DNA of 64,000 nt from Candidatus Shapirobacteria bacterium (lineage in GTDB: Bacteria; Patescibacteriota; Microgenomatia; UBA12405), in contig JBAZYN010000001.1 in assembly GCA_041659325.1 (NCBI GenBank), positions 494,819 to 558,818 of the forward strand, read 5' to 3'. Under the pieces are notes generated by a model that was given only the letters and a program-made list of their open reading frames with translations, did no database searches and was not told the DNA's origin. The translations under genes were made by a program, and so were the position numbers. Of this stretch, positions 21,144 to 31,154 are shown piece after piece. The first letter of the stretch is position 1. Each line of letters starts with the position of its first letter.

Positions 21144-21850
21144 AAACCGGAAATTCCGAATTTCTGATACAACTTTAGTGTTTCTCCACTTTTTAAAAAC
21201 GATTCCCTATTCTCAATAAATTCCTCTCTGCCCCTTACGGGTTCGATACATACATAATTCTTGTCCCCCTCACTTACCCACAACTTTGAATATTGAAATC
21301 CTCCTATTTCCCAGTCCATCATTCCCCGTCCCGGAACAAAAATCTCGTTTTGGGGCTTTAGGGCAATATAGCCACTTTTCTTAACTTTTTCATTCATGTT
21401 TTCTCCGTTAATTTTCAGGTCTTTCCAGCCCTGGGGCATTTCAAAATAGTTGTGTATCCCCACATTTACAGGTGATTTTGCCCCAAGATTTTTAACTTCT
21501 ATCTCATGCAATAAATTATTGCCCTCAAGGCGATATTTTTGCTGCACTTCAATATGTCCCGGATACGCGCCCACGTTTTGAAATTCAAAAGATATCTGAA
21601 AACAATTTTTATTCCCTTTCGCTACTCTCCACAATCCATTTCTTACCGGCCCATGAGCCGGCAGTTGAAATTTACCTACCCCCTCATTGGCAAAATTCGG
21701 TACACACAAATGGGTATTGGCAATTTTTCCGTCATTCCGATGATATGTCCCCAATACTACCTTATCCCCGTATCTCAATTCTTTAATCCTGCCCCCCATC
21801 AAATCAATCTCTAATTTCCAATCACCAAAACCTATATTAATCTCCGTCAC
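21140..21850 (-). CDS. Aldose 1-epimerase/galactose mutarotase-like protein
   Basis: LPAHGPVRN, GIHNYF, YVCIEP. Confidence 0.85.
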   Translation of the reverse strand: MTEINIGFGDWKLEIDLMGGRIKELRYGDKVVLGTYHRNDGKIANTHLCVPNFANEGVGKFQLPAHGPVRNGLWRVAKGNKNCFQISFEFQNVGAYPGHIEVQQKYRLEGNNLLHEIEVKNLGAKSPVNVGIHNYFEMPQGWKDLKINGENMNEKVKKSGYIALKPQNEIFVPGRGMMDWEIGGFQYSKLWVSEGDKNYVCIEPVRGREEFIENRESFLKSGETLKLYQKFGISGF

Positions 21851-22033
21851 AAACTAAGTATACCAAAACAAAACCACAAAGAATTTACCCCTCTATATAC
21901 CGGATTTCATTCGATACGTATAATATATTTATTCTTTAATTTCGGTTATTTATTCCCCGAATAAGCCACCCTTAAAACATATCCGAATAATTCAAACATG
22001 TACATATATTTAATAGTCTGTTATCATCCTCAC

Positions 22034-22117
22034 ATGTTAGTTAATTCTCTCGTCCTCCTTATTTTGGTCGTCCTCCTTATTACGAAGGGGGCACTTTCGG
22101 AGGCAAGAGGAAGCTAA
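22034..22117 (+). CDS. Leader peptide MLVNSLVLLILVVLLITKGALSEARGS
   Basis: 27 codons, with 11 consecutive L/V/I codons (6-16). Leaderless start 6 nt after the -10 box. Confidence 0.7.
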   Translation: MLVNSLVLLILVVLLITKGALSEARGS

Positions 22118-22138
22118 TTTTTTCTCAAATTAATTCTC

Positions 22139-22167
22139 AAAAACCCCTCCGAAACGGAGGGGTTTTT
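22139..22167 (+). terminator. Intrinsic terminator of the attenuator
   Basis: aaaaacccctccg-aaa-cggaggggttttt. Confidence 0.9.
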
Positions 22168-22193
22168 AGTGGAATATTATTTATTAATAAAAT

Positions 22194-22424
22194 ATGGAAA
22201 GAATATCTAGGGATCGCATAGAAGTTGACCCCTGTGGATTCCGGGTTGAAGAATTAGATACCGTCGGGGTGATCCCTCCCCGATATTACATAGATGGTTG
22301 GGATAAATTACCGGGAGGAGCAACCGTTTATTGGTCCCATACGGACAGACGTATTCCACCGCGCGAAGTTATACTTCGACCCTCCCAAGGTGTCATAAAG
22401 CCAACCAAAAACAGCAAAACCTAA
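22194..22424 (+). CDS. Hypothetical 76-aa protein downstream of the attenuator
   Basis: ORF fills the gap between the terminator and the rpmE promoter; no recognisable motif. Confidence 0.55.
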   Translation: MERISRDRIEVDPCGFRVEELDTVGVIPPRYYIDGWDKLPGGATVYWSHTDRRIPPREVILRPSQGVIKPTKNSKT

Positions 22425-22448
22425 CATTTTTTGCTATAATCTATTCCT

Positions 22449-22709
22449 ATGAAACAAGGAATTCATCCAAAATATTTTGCTGATTGCCAGGTAAGCTGTG
22501 CCTGCGGCAATAAATTTACCACCGGCTCAACCCTGGAAAAAATCGAGGTAGACGTTTGTTCCAAATGTCATCCTTTTTTCACCGGCCAACAAAAGTTTGT
22601 CGACGTCAAGGGTAGAATTGACAAATTCAACCAAAAAGTCCAACAGGGCAAGGCTTATGCTGTCAAAAAAGCCGCAACCCCCAAGAAAAAAACTGCTAAA
22701 ACCAATTAG
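22449..22709 (+). CDS. rpmE: 50S ribosomal protein L31 (Zn-binding type)
   Basis: [23 protein letters not shown]. Confidence 0.97.
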   Translation: MKQGIHPKYFADCQVSCACGNKFTTGSTLEKIEVDVCSKCHPFFTGQQKFVDVKGRIDKFNQKVQQGKAYAVKKAATPKKKTAKTN

Positions 22710-22727
22710 CTTGTTTTTTTCTTAAAT

Positions 22728-23453
22728 ATGCCAACTATAAACCCAAACATTGCCATTTTGGAGTTTCACACCGGACCGGGTGGGCAGGAAGCCACTATTT
22801 GGTCTCAGGACTTAATGAACATGTATAGCCGTTATGCCAATCGTATCGGCTGGAAAGTCTCCCAAATTGACGACAATATCATAAAAATTTCCGGCTTTGA
22901 TGCCTTCAGTCAGCTAAAGCACGAAACCGGTACCCACCGGGGCCAAAAAATCCCCATAACCGAAAAGCGCGGTCGTATCCAAACATCAACCGCCTCAGTC
23001 GTTGTCCTGCCCCAAATCGATTCCGCTGATATAGTAATTAATCCCGATGATGTTGAGATCACCGCCTGTCGGGCCGGCGGACATGGCGGCCAAAATGTCA
23101 ACAAAGTCAGTACCGCCGTCAGGTTAGTCCACAAACCCACCGGTCTAGCTTTTTCCGTCCGTCAGGAACGATATCAGCAGCAAAACCGGGAAATCGCCAT
23201 GAATCTCTTAAAATCAAAACTTTGGCAAATCGAAGAAGACAAAAAAATGTCTCATATCAGCGGCTCTCGGGCTATTGCCACCCAATCCCATCGGGCAGAC
23301 AAAATCAGAACCTACAATTATTCCCGAAACCAGATCAAAGATCATCGTATCAACGTTTCCTTCAACAACCTCGATCGTATGATGCAAGGCGAGCTCGAAG
23401 ACTTGATTCTCGAACTTTCAGTTCTCGATACTCACAAAGAAAACAATAACTAA
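22728..23453 (+). CDS. prfA: Peptide chain release factor 1, N-terminally shortened
   Basis: PIT (PxT) anticodon loop, [24 protein letters not shown]; follows rpmE. Confidence 0.85.
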   Translation: MPTINPNIAILEFHTGPGGQEATIWSQDLMNMYSRYANRIGWKVSQIDDNIIKISGFDAFSQLKHETGTHRGQKIPITEKRGRIQTSTASVVVLPQIDSADIVINPDDVEITACRAGGHGGQNVNKVSTAVRLVHKPTGLAFSVRQERYQQQNREIAMNLLKSKLWQIEEDKKMSHISGSRAIATQSHRADKIRTYNYSRNQIKDHRINVSFNNLDRMMQGELEDLILELSVLDTHKENNN

Positions 23454-23458
23454 CTAGT

Positions 23459-25024
23459 CTACGCCATCGCTTGATATCCTCCCAACTGAAGCCCCTTTTT
23501 ACTATAGCGTTGATATAAACCTTTCAGAATTGTACCCACATAATTATCAGGAAACTCCCTTAACTGACCGGCATATTCTAGTATTAGTCTACAAAAGTTA
23601 TCATATGCTCCAACTCTCGCTTCCTCGTATTGCAAAAAATCAACTGTTCCCGATAGACACAATTGTCTGGCCTCTTCACCCCTCCGCAAAACTTCAATTA
23701 TCTTAGCAAAACCAATTTTCCCACAAAAATCCTCCCACCCCGGCAAAACATTTTCCACAAAACCAGTTCCAACCACTCCCGGCAATAAACTTAATTGCCA
23801 TCCCGCCTTTTCTCCCAACATAAAAACATTTAATGGATTTATATTTAAAGCCATCCAATACGCATTCCAAGCATTATGAAACCGATCCACATCCTCTGAA
23901 GCAGACAAACTTTTTCCCAGTGGTTTCCATACCTTATCATTTAACCACCACGCAGACTCGCCTAAACTATTTAATAATTGGTCAGTAGTCTCTATTCTGA
24001 CTTCTGATAATTGTTGTCCTCTATCTCCGACTACCAGGGGCATTATCTGAAAAGGCCAAACTGCCCTAAATTCATGCAATGCTGTCCGAAAACCAGCCAC
24101 TGGAACAAATTGGTTGAAAGCAATCTCCGGCCAAAGGTATTCATTTCCGACAAAGTTAATTATCCCCTTATTTGCCACTGCGACCTCTTTTCTCCCGGGA
24201 TAAAAATTCATTTGTACCCCTAACAATTGCCCATCAGCGCCCGGCACTATTAAACACGGTTGGCAAACCGTTCCTCTGGCCATTAAAAATGGTGCCAGTC
24301 CCAAATTACTATCTGATGGTCCATCAATCCCAAATGGGCTCATCACATGAAGCAAAGGATGACCAAAATATAGCTTCCTTACTGTCTCCACTTCATTTTC
24401 TCCATTACCATCAACTTCCATCCCCAACCTCCTTCGACTCATTTGCCATTGAATTCTGTCTCCAGTATCACTCCTCACTTTTACCATTTCCGCCCATAAG
24501 TTCTTACCCGCCACATCACCAAATACCTCTTCCGCCTCGCCGGTCTGCCCTATTGCCAATAGGTCCACATCAGCATTATTTAAACATGGACGCTCTCCCG
24601 CCATTTCCATCCTCGCTAACTCCGTTGGTGAAAACCTCCATCTGGGAGTTATTCCCCGAACAAAAGCCGGATCTTTCGCTCTTGAAAGATCCAAAGCTGC
24701 CCCCTCCACCGCCATTAATATAAGTTCTGGTTTTCTCACCAAGACTTCACGGATCAACTCCCCGACCTCTGTCATCGCCACCCTTCCATCTTCTTCGTAA
24801 CCATATATACCCCGTATCCTATCGAATTCTATCAACCTTAGACCCACTCCTCCATACTCCTCAAGAGTCGATCCTCCTTTTAGTATTTGCCCTTGTCTGG
24901 CCATTTTTGCCACTCTATTACAAAGATCTATCGATCCTTCTCTCTCCAATAAAACACTCCAACCTTCATGCCCGGCTTGGTCCAAACCCTTTTTGTAAAT
25001 ACCCATCATCTCCTGTTTGTCCAC
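23459..25024 (-). CDS. Hypothetical protein (521 aa)
   Basis: Long ORF coupled to the upstream gene; no family recognised. Confidence 0.7.
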   Translation of the reverse strand: MDKQEMMGIYKKGLDQAGHEGWSVLLEREGSIDLCNRVAKMARQGQILKGGSTLEEYGGVGLRLIEFDRIRGIYGYEEDGRVAMTEVGELIREVLVRKPELILMAVEGAALDLSRAKDPAFVRGITPRWRFSPTELARMEMAGERPCLNNADVDLLAIGQTGEAEEVFGDVAGKNLWAEMVKVRSDTGDRIQWQMSRRRLGMEVDGNGENEVETVRKLYFGHPLLHVMSPFGIDGPSDSNLGLAPFLMARGTVCQPCLIVPGADGQLLGVQMNFYPGRKEVAVANKGIINFVGNEYLWPEIAFNQFVPVAGFRTALHEFRAVWPFQIMPLVVGDRGQQLSEVRIETTDQLLNSLGESAWWLNDKVWKPLGKSLSASEDVDRFHNAWNAYWMALNINPLNVFMLGEKAGWQLSLLPGVVGTGFVENVLPGWEDFCGKIGFAKIIEVLRRGEEARQLCLSGTVDFLQYEEARVGAYDNFCRLILEYAGQLREFPDNYVGTILKGLYQRYSKKGLQLGGYQAMA

Positions 25025-25025
25025 C

Positions 25026-26174
25026 TTAGTTTATCAACCGATATCCCCTACCTCTAACAGTCTGTATTCTGTTCCCGATACTTTCCTCAGCCATCTTTTT
25101 CCGTAAACTTCCCACCATTTTATCTATTGCCCAGTCAGAATACTTAACATCCGCCCTTTTCCCCCAAAGCACCCGAGCCACTTCCTCTCTACTAATCACC
25201 CGGCCTCTGCTCTCCAGAAAGCCCCTCAACAACTGATATTCATTCAAGCTAAATATGTCAGAAACTACCACTCCTCCCGCCACTATTTCTCCCCTTTTTT
25301 CATCAAATTCCAACCTCATTTTATCTATTAATTTTTTATTTTTTATATATTCTTCAAACATCCTCAAAAATAACTTTCCCTTTTTTACCAACCCGTTCTG
25401 TCTCACAAAATCCGAAAAATATTTGTCCTCTACTTTTCCCCCCGCTGCCAGTAACCCCATCAACCGTTTATCTTTTCCCCCAACTGATTCCAGTATGTCA
25501 TTAAATACTTTTTTCACCTCCCAACAGGATTTCAAAGATAAACCTCTCAAAAAAACCTTTATCAAATATGGATGCCCTCCGGTAATTTTCCAGATTGCTT
25601 CTCCTTTTTCTTTTTTTATTTTATAACCATATCTTCTTACAAAATCAGCTATAACCCCATTTGATTCCTCTTTTGAATATAGCGGATAATATATTTTGTT
25701 CTGGCCAACCAGTTCTGCCACCTTTCCTAATTTAGTCAAGCTCTCCCCGTCAAAAATATCCCGATTGACTCCAAAAATATAATGTATCAAAACTTTATTC
25801 TTTCGCCACAAATAAACCATATTATTCCACACCGATAGCGGGTAATGTAAACTCTCAAAATCGACTAATATTATTATTATTTGAATCCCTCCACTTAGAA
25901 GTCTTTTTATTTCCGCCTCAATTTTATTAAATATGCTTCCCAAATCATCTCCGGCTCCAACAATCCCCAATTCTTCCGCCATCAATCGATAAAAATCAAC
26001 TGAATCCTCCGATATCAGCCTTTCTTTCTCAATTCTAATTACTTTATATTTCCCCGGTTCTCCAAAATCCAATCGAGACATTACCCAATTCCTACCAGCA
26101 TTTGGGACAAAAATTAAGGTTGCATTTTCCCCCCTGTTTATCACAGACAGCACCTTACTGTTTATATCTCTCAT
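25026..26174 (-). CDS. Degenerate AAA-like NTPase fused to an OmpR-type winged helix
   Basis: ITGGHPYL; C-terminal VISREEVARVLWG..SDWAIDKMVGSLRKK..IQTVRGRGYRL. Confidence 0.8.
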   Translation of the reverse strand: MRDINSKVLSVINRGENATLIFVPNAGRNWVMSRLDFGEPGKYKVIRIEKERLISEDSVDFYRLMAEELGIVGAGDDLGSIFNKIEAEIKRLLSGGIQIIIILVDFESLHYPLSVWNNMVYLWRKNKVLIHYIFGVNRDIFDGESLTKLGKVAELVGQNKIYYPLYSKEESNGVIADFVRRYGYKIKKEKGEAIWKITGGHPYLIKVFLRGLSLKSCWEVKKVFNDILESVGGKDKRLMGLLAAGGKVEDKYFSDFVRQNGLVKKGKLFLRMFEEYIKNKKLIDKMRLEFDEKRGEIVAGGVVVSDIFSLNEYQLLRGFLESRGRVISREEVARVLWGKRADVKYSDWAIDKMVGSLRKKMAEESIGNRIQTVRGRGYRLIN

Positions 26175-26304
26175 CCGTCAGGATTATATCAAACTATCGC
26201 TATTCCTCCCACTTTCTCCAACTTTTCCGGCTTCCGCTCAGATAAAAATCAAGCTTCTCTCCTCCAACCCAAATAAACTCCCCTTATTACAAATCAAAAT
26301 CATT

Positions 26305-26703
26305 ATGTCTCTTAAAGAAACAAAAAAACAAGTTGCCCTCTTTGATGACAGTCCAGACATCCAAGCTAGCCTTGGCATGTTATTAGATATGAATGACTAC
26401 GGAGTACATCCGGCCACTTCAATGTCAGAAGCTTTAGAGCTTATCCCCCAATTACCTAAACTAAAAGTTAGATTTGCCATCGTTGATGGAAATTTGTCCC
26501 CTGGAGGTTGGGGAGACAACCGAGACGGAGCCGAAATTGTGAGTAAAATACAGCAAAACCCCTATCAGACAATAACCATCGGGTATGCCTCTCGGGGAGA
26601 TGTCCCGGGTGCCGACTACCAATCACCCAAAAACAAAGGACCCATAAACTTATTAAATACAATGAGATTGGCTATTCTCCCCTCTTCTAGAGCCCCACGC
26701 TAA
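26305..26703 (+). CDS. Single-domain response regulator (CheY-like receiver)
   Basis: VALFDDS, IVDGNL phosphoacceptor, DGAEIV. Confidence 0.75.
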   Translation: MSLKETKKQVALFDDSPDIQASLGMLLDMNDYGVHPATSMSEALELIPQLPKLKVRFAIVDGNLSPGGWGDNRDGAEIVSKIQQNPYQTITIGYASRGDVPGADYQSPKNKGPINLLNTMRLAILPSSRAPR

Positions 26704-26758
26704 TCACTAGCCCCCATTTTCTCTTGACAAAACCGGCACCCCGTGATATATATACCCC

Positions 26759-27136
26759 ATGGTTACGCCTGAAAAGCACTTTCAAGAATGCGCTGTCCCG
26801 GGCCGTCTGACTTGCGACCAGCCCGGTCGCTTACGGGGTCGATGCTCTATTTGCACCCCCGCAAAAAATTTGGTTCTACACCATGCTACATCCTTTGCCC
26901 AAGCCAACATCCGCTCAATCTCAAAAATCAGCTCCTCCTACGGGATAATATTAGTACGACAGAACCCTTGCACAGTGGAATCCCAAATCACAATAAATAC
27001 AGAACCAACGCCGATAACCATACCGGTCGTTCGTATCGCCTCTGGCCAATTCGAGGTTGCACTTCCAGAATCTTGGATGGATATAATTCCCACCTCAAAA
27101 AATTCTACCCCGTCCTCTTCTCCAGCTTCACTTTAA
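26759..27136 (+). CDS. Hypothetical Cys-containing protein
   Basis: TTGACA and a TGATATAT-like promoter immediately before the ATG; C..C..CxxC. Confidence 0.45.
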   Translation: MVTPEKHFQECAVPGRLTCDQPGRLRGRCSICTPAKNLVLHHATSFAQANIRSISKISSSYGIILVRQNPCTVESQITINTEPTPITIPVVRIASGQFEVALPESWMDIIPTSKNSTPSSSPASL

Positions 27137-28277
27137 GGTTCATCTCTTTATCATCCCGCCAAATTTTCAGGTCAACACTATCCCCTATTTTCTTTTTATT
27201 AATAATTGAAACCAAAGAGTCAGCTTTATCATCATTCATCTTCACCCCGTCAATTTCCATAATTATATCTCCCCCTTTAACTCCATATTTCTCAGCCGGG
27301 CTGCCGGCAATAATTTCCTGGACATAAACTCCGGCCGGAACACCGTTTTGCAAGGCCAAATTTTTTGAAATTACTCTATACGACACCCCCAAATACGGTC
27401 GCTCAAATTCACCCGTAGCTTTAAAATTATCAATTGAAGCCTTGACCAGGTTAATAGGTAGGGCAAAGCCAATACTCTGCCCTCCCTGTGACACCGCTAC
27501 GTTAACCCCGATCACCTGGCCTGAGGAGTTAAAAAGCGGCCCGCCGGAATTCCCGGGGTTTATTGCCGCATCAGTCTGAATTACTCCGTCCAGTTTTTCC
27601 GTCCCAATTAAACTGCCTCCGGCCACAATTCCCCTTCCCAATCCGGAAATTACCCCCTTGGTTACCGTCGACCGAAATTCGCCCAGTGCTGTCCCAATAG
27701 CAATCACCGTCTGCCCCACCTTCAGTCTGTCGGAATCCCCCAACTTCACCGGCGTTAATCCGCTCCTGTCAATTTTCAAAATTGCCAAATCATTAACCGG
27801 ATCCCTATATATCTCTTTTACCTCTATCACGTCGTCTTTCCCAACTACCACCTTATATTTCGCCTCCGTATCAGACACTACATGCTTATTGGTCACAATC
27901 AGTCCGTCAGGGGTAATAATAAATCCGCTGCCAATATCCTGTTCAATTTTTTCTTCTCTGTTTACCTCCTGCCGGGGAACCCCAAAGCCAAACATTCCTC
28001 CCCAAAAACCATTATCGGAAAAAGGGTCGCTAATCACCGTAGTCTTACTAATTGATACTGTCACTACACTTGGTGTCGCCTCCTCCACCACCTTCGTTAC
28101 CACCGACTCCTCGTCAATCACCTGCAACTTGGTAATCTCCGAAACTTTTTCTACCGTCCTGTCCAAAAACTTGGATTTTACCGTTCTTCCCAACACTACT
28201 CCGATAAACAGTAATAGTGAAATTACCAAAACTACCGCCACCGATATGCCCGCAATTTTTAGCGATTTTCCCCTCAT
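27105..28277 (-). CDS. htrA: HtrA/DegP-family serine protease with PDZ domain
   Basis: VTNKHVV, NDLAILK, TDAAINPGNSGGPL, C-terminal PDZ. Confidence 0.95.
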   Translation of the reverse strand: MRGKSLKIAGISVAVVLVISLLLFIGVVLGRTVKSKFLDRTVEKVSEITKLQVIDEESVVTKVVEEATPSVVTVSISKTTVISDPFSDNGFWGGMFGFGVPRQEVNREEKIEQDIGSGFIITPDGLIVTNKHVVSDTEAKYKVVVGKDDVIEVKEIYRDPVNDLAILKIDRSGLTPVKLGDSDRLKVGQTVIAIGTALGEFRSTVTKGVISGLGRGIVAGGSLIGTEKLDGVIQTDAAINPGNSGGPLFNSSGQVIGVNVAVSQGGQSIGFALPINLVKASIDNFKATGEFERPYLGVSYRVISKNLALQNGVPAGVYVQEIIAGSPAEKYGVKGGDIIMEIDGVKMNDDKADSLVSIINKKKIGDSVDLKIWRDDKEMNLKVKLEKRTG

Positions 28278-28300
28278 GATTTTCTATTGTAAATCTTCAC

Positions 28301-29512
28301 TTATTTTTTTGTCAATACTTCAATCGCCTTTTTAAGTTGCATGTCCTCTTCATCCACGGACGAATATTTTACCTCAACATCAGGCATAATTCCGTCTTTG
28401 TGAATATTTTTCCCACTCGGCAGCAACCATTTGGCTACCGTTACATGAAGCCCCGAGCCGTCACTAAAATCTTCCGGCTGCTGGACTGTGCCCTTTCCAA
28501 AGGTTTTTTCTCCCACCAGTGTTCCCCGGCCATAATCCCTCAGCGCCCCCGCCAAAATTTCAGATGCTGAGGCTGATCCCCCATTCACCAAAACCACCAA
28601 GTTATCCGAAAGCAGTTTCCTTCTCGATCTGTCAACCTCATACGATTCCACTTTCCCATCCGACGATTCCTGTTTCACAATCACTCCGCTCTCAACAAAA
28701 TCAGATGCCACCAACACACTCGCCTGTAAATACCCGCCCGGGTTATTTCTCAAATCGAGCACTATTCCCGCCACGCTGCCTTTGGCCTTTTCCTCATTTA
28801 TTTTATTCACCAGACCGGGCCAATCCGTATACAACTGTTCAGTAAATTTGTACAGTTTTATCCACGCCACTTTCTTGTTACCTTCCTGCCTCCATTCAAG
28901 TTCCAAACTGGCAACCACAATGTTGTCTCTTTTTAAAACCACGTCAAAAGTTTCCTTTTCTCCCTCTCTGAATAGTTTCAATGTCACCTCCGTTCCGATT
29001 TTCCCCCGGATTAGATTCACCGCTTCATCCAAAGCCATCCCGGCCGTATCTTTGTCAATATTTTTTTCCTTATCAGTAATTTTCAAAATCAAATCCCCCG
29101 CCCTAACTCCGGCTTTTTCCGCCGGTGTCTTTGGCAAAGGCGACATCACCGATATCGTTTTATCCTTATACCCAAGCTGTATTCCCACTCCGCCAAATTC
29201 ACCCGCCAGATCTTCATTGGCACTTTTATTTTCTGATGGCGGTAGATAAACCGTATACGGATCATCCAAAGACGACACCATCCCCGAAATCGCCCCGTAA
29301 ACCATATTTTTATCATCGATTTTTTCTTTATCAAGATACAGCTGTTGCAACCGGTCCTTCACCCTCCACATCATCGTCAAATCCAAGGGTTCCCTTCCGC
29401 TGCTACCCGGAGCATCTTCCACACTTTTTCTGCCGGCATAAAAGCTTATCAGAGAAAACACCGAAATAACCGCCAATATTAAGGTAATATTCCTCAGGGT
29501 CTTAATCCTCAT
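28301..29512 (-). CDS. ctpA: S41 carboxyl-terminal processing protease
   Basis: DPYT, PDZ, DLRNNPGG, SASASEI, TFGKGTVQ. Confidence 0.95.
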   Translation of the reverse strand: MRIKTLRNITLILAVISVFSLISFYAGRKSVEDAPGSSGREPLDLTMMWRVKDRLQQLYLDKEKIDDKNMVYGAISGMVSSLDDPYTVYLPPSENKSANEDLAGEFGGVGIQLGYKDKTISVMSPLPKTPAEKAGVRAGDLILKITDKEKNIDKDTAGMALDEAVNLIRGKIGTEVTLKLFREGEKETFDVVLKRDNIVVASLELEWRQEGNKKVAWIKLYKFTEQLYTDWPGLVNKINEEKAKGSVAGIVLDLRNNPGGYLQASVLVASDFVESGVIVKQESSDGKVESYEVDRSRRKLLSDNLVVLVNGGSASASEILAGALRDYGRGTLVGEKTFGKGTVQQPEDFSDGSGLHVTVAKWLLPSGKNIHKDGIMPDVEVKYSSVDEEDMQLKKAIEVLTKK

Positions 29513-29516
29513 TCTT

Positions 29517-30299
29517 CTATTGTACTACCAAAAGTAATCTGCCAACCTTTGAATTTAGCAATATCCTTCTCTCTCCCTCATCTGTTTGATTATCCACCAA
29601 TTGATCCCACACCGATCTCTCCAAAGACATCACCGGAAACCCCACCTCAATCTCTTTAAAATCCATCTCCACCGGTTCCGGCACCACCAAACCGGCCACC
29701 CCTAGTACCTCCGCCTTAATAATATACGCCACACTGGGTTCTGTTGAAAAGATAATCTTACCGTTTAGAGCGCTAGTTAACTCCGTTAGTTTATTCCGAA
29801 TCCTTAGGTCGCTCTCACCCCACACCTTACCATCCACCAACCCGACTCCCTCATACTTCAGAGACTCAAATTCCAGCACCATTTTCTCCTTTTCCACCTT
29901 CAAAACTTCCGAATCAACCGGCGAAACAATCTCTCTTCTTTTGCTTACCACAGTCTGGAACTGAATATTTAAAAACTCATCAATCCCGCAAAACTTACCG
30001 CTGCATGGAGAATATAGCTTTTTGGGAAACAGTCCTCCGTCGACAAACAACAAGTCCCCCTCCTTAAATTCCTTATCGCTCAAGCTACTATATAATTCCT
30101 GAAGTTTACCCTTAGACATTCTCGACAACATCCACGAGGCGTCATAAGAATCCACTCCGACCTCTTCACAGGTCAACAAAAGTTGCCCTTTCTTCACCTT
30201 CACACCCTCCGATACCTCTACCTTTGCCCCATTGGGAATCATCACCACCCACTTTGACTTCACCGTCGCTAACTTTGATTTTTTTTTCTTCACCGCCAT
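29517..30299 (-). CDS. Hypothetical protein with barrel-sandwich-hybrid-like motifs
   Basis: VSEGVKVKKGQLL and SPCSG/SPVDS repeats. Confidence 0.6.
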   Translation of the reverse strand: MAVKKKKSKLATVKSKWVVMIPNGAKVEVSEGVKVKKGQLLLTCEEVGVDSYDASWMLSRMSKGKLQELYSSLSDKEFKEGDLLFVDGGLFPKKLYSPCSGKFCGIDEFLNIQFQTVVSKRREIVSPVDSEVLKVEKEKMVLEFESLKYEGVGLVDGKVWGESDLRIRNKLTELTSALNGKIIFSTEPSVAYIIKAEVLGVAGLVVPEPVEMDFKEIEVGFPVMSLERSVWDQLVDNQTDEGERRILLNSKVGRLLLVVQ

Positions 30300-30348
30300 A
30301 ACCTCATCAGAAATTATAGCAGTTCAGAGACCAAAATCCCGTCTGTCT

Positions 30349-30603
30349 TTAATTCTGAGTCGTAAATGGCACCAATCCCAAGTGTCTCGCCTGCTTGATA
30401 ACATCCGACAATTTTCTTTGATGCTTCACGCAAACACCCGAGTACTGGGCTCCGATTATCCTACCTCGGGGGGATAAATATTCTTTCAAACCCTCATAAT
30501 CTTCCCATCTCGGTATGGTCTTGGTCTTACAAAAAGAACAGCCCTTTTCTCTTCCGCGAATCTTTGCGGCTAAAAGCGAATCTTTCTTGGATTTTTTAAT
30601 CAT
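30349..30603 (-). CDS. rpsR: 30S ribosomal protein S18
   Basis: CSFC, YLSPRGRI, GVCVKHQRKL..IKQARHLGLVPF. Confidence 0.95.
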   Translation of the reverse strand: MIKKSKKDSLLAAKIRGREKGCSFCKTKTIPRWEDYEGLKEYLSPRGRIIGAQYSGVCVKHQRKLSDVIKQARHLGLVPFTTQN

Positions 30604-30619
30604 AAACTCACCAAAAATT

Positions 30620-31144
30620 TTAAAACGGCATCTCCTCTTTCGGAGCATCAGTTGATTTTGCCGAAGTTTCTGCGTCCATTATTTCATCCGGAATCACAAT
30701 ATCTTCAAGCTTACCGTCCTCAGGCACGAATTCTTCTGCAGGAGCTGGAGCAGAGGCGCCGCCAGCCGGGGCGAAATTCTGAGCCGTATTTTGTCTGTCG
30801 CCGACACCTTTGTTGTCCAAAATTATCATATCATCAATTACAATCTCTGCAATCTGTCTTCTACTATTTTCGGCATCGACCATATCCCGATACTGAATCC
30901 TGCCCTCTACATATATTCTGCGGCCTTTTGCCAATAATTGCGAACACAACTCTGCTAGTTTATTCCAAGCCACAATCCTATGAAATTGAGCATCTTCTTT
31001 TCTTTCGCCCTGTTTGGTTACCCAAACCCGATTGGTGGCCAATCCAAAAGAAACAACTGCCATCCCTGCCGGGGTATACCTTAATTCAGGATCCCTGGTT
31101 AGATTACCAATTAACAAAACACGATTTAGACACCTACTGGGCAT
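30620..31144 (-). CDS. ssb: Single-stranded DNA-binding protein
   Basis: LNRVLLIGNLTRDPELRYT; acidic tail EEMPF. Confidence 0.97.
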   Translation of the reverse strand: MPSRCLNRVLLIGNLTRDPELRYTPAGMAVVSFGLATNRVWVTKQGERKEDAQFHRIVAWNKLAELCSQLLAKGRRIYVEGRIQYRDMVDAENSRRQIAEIVIDDMIILDNKGVGDRQNTAQNFAPAGGASAPAPAEEFVPEDGKLEDIVIPDEIMDAETSAKSTDAPKEEMPF

Positions 31145-31154
31145 TTTGACTCCT

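Larger units (their letters stand above)
22019..22167 (+). promoter_or_regulatory. Ribosome-mediated transcription attenuator, Ile/Leu/Val type
   Basis: Extended -10 TG-T-TATCAT (22019-22027), leader ORF, and antiterminator TTTCGGAGG (22095-22103) complementary to CCTCCGAAA (22146-22154) of the terminator. Confidence 0.75.
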
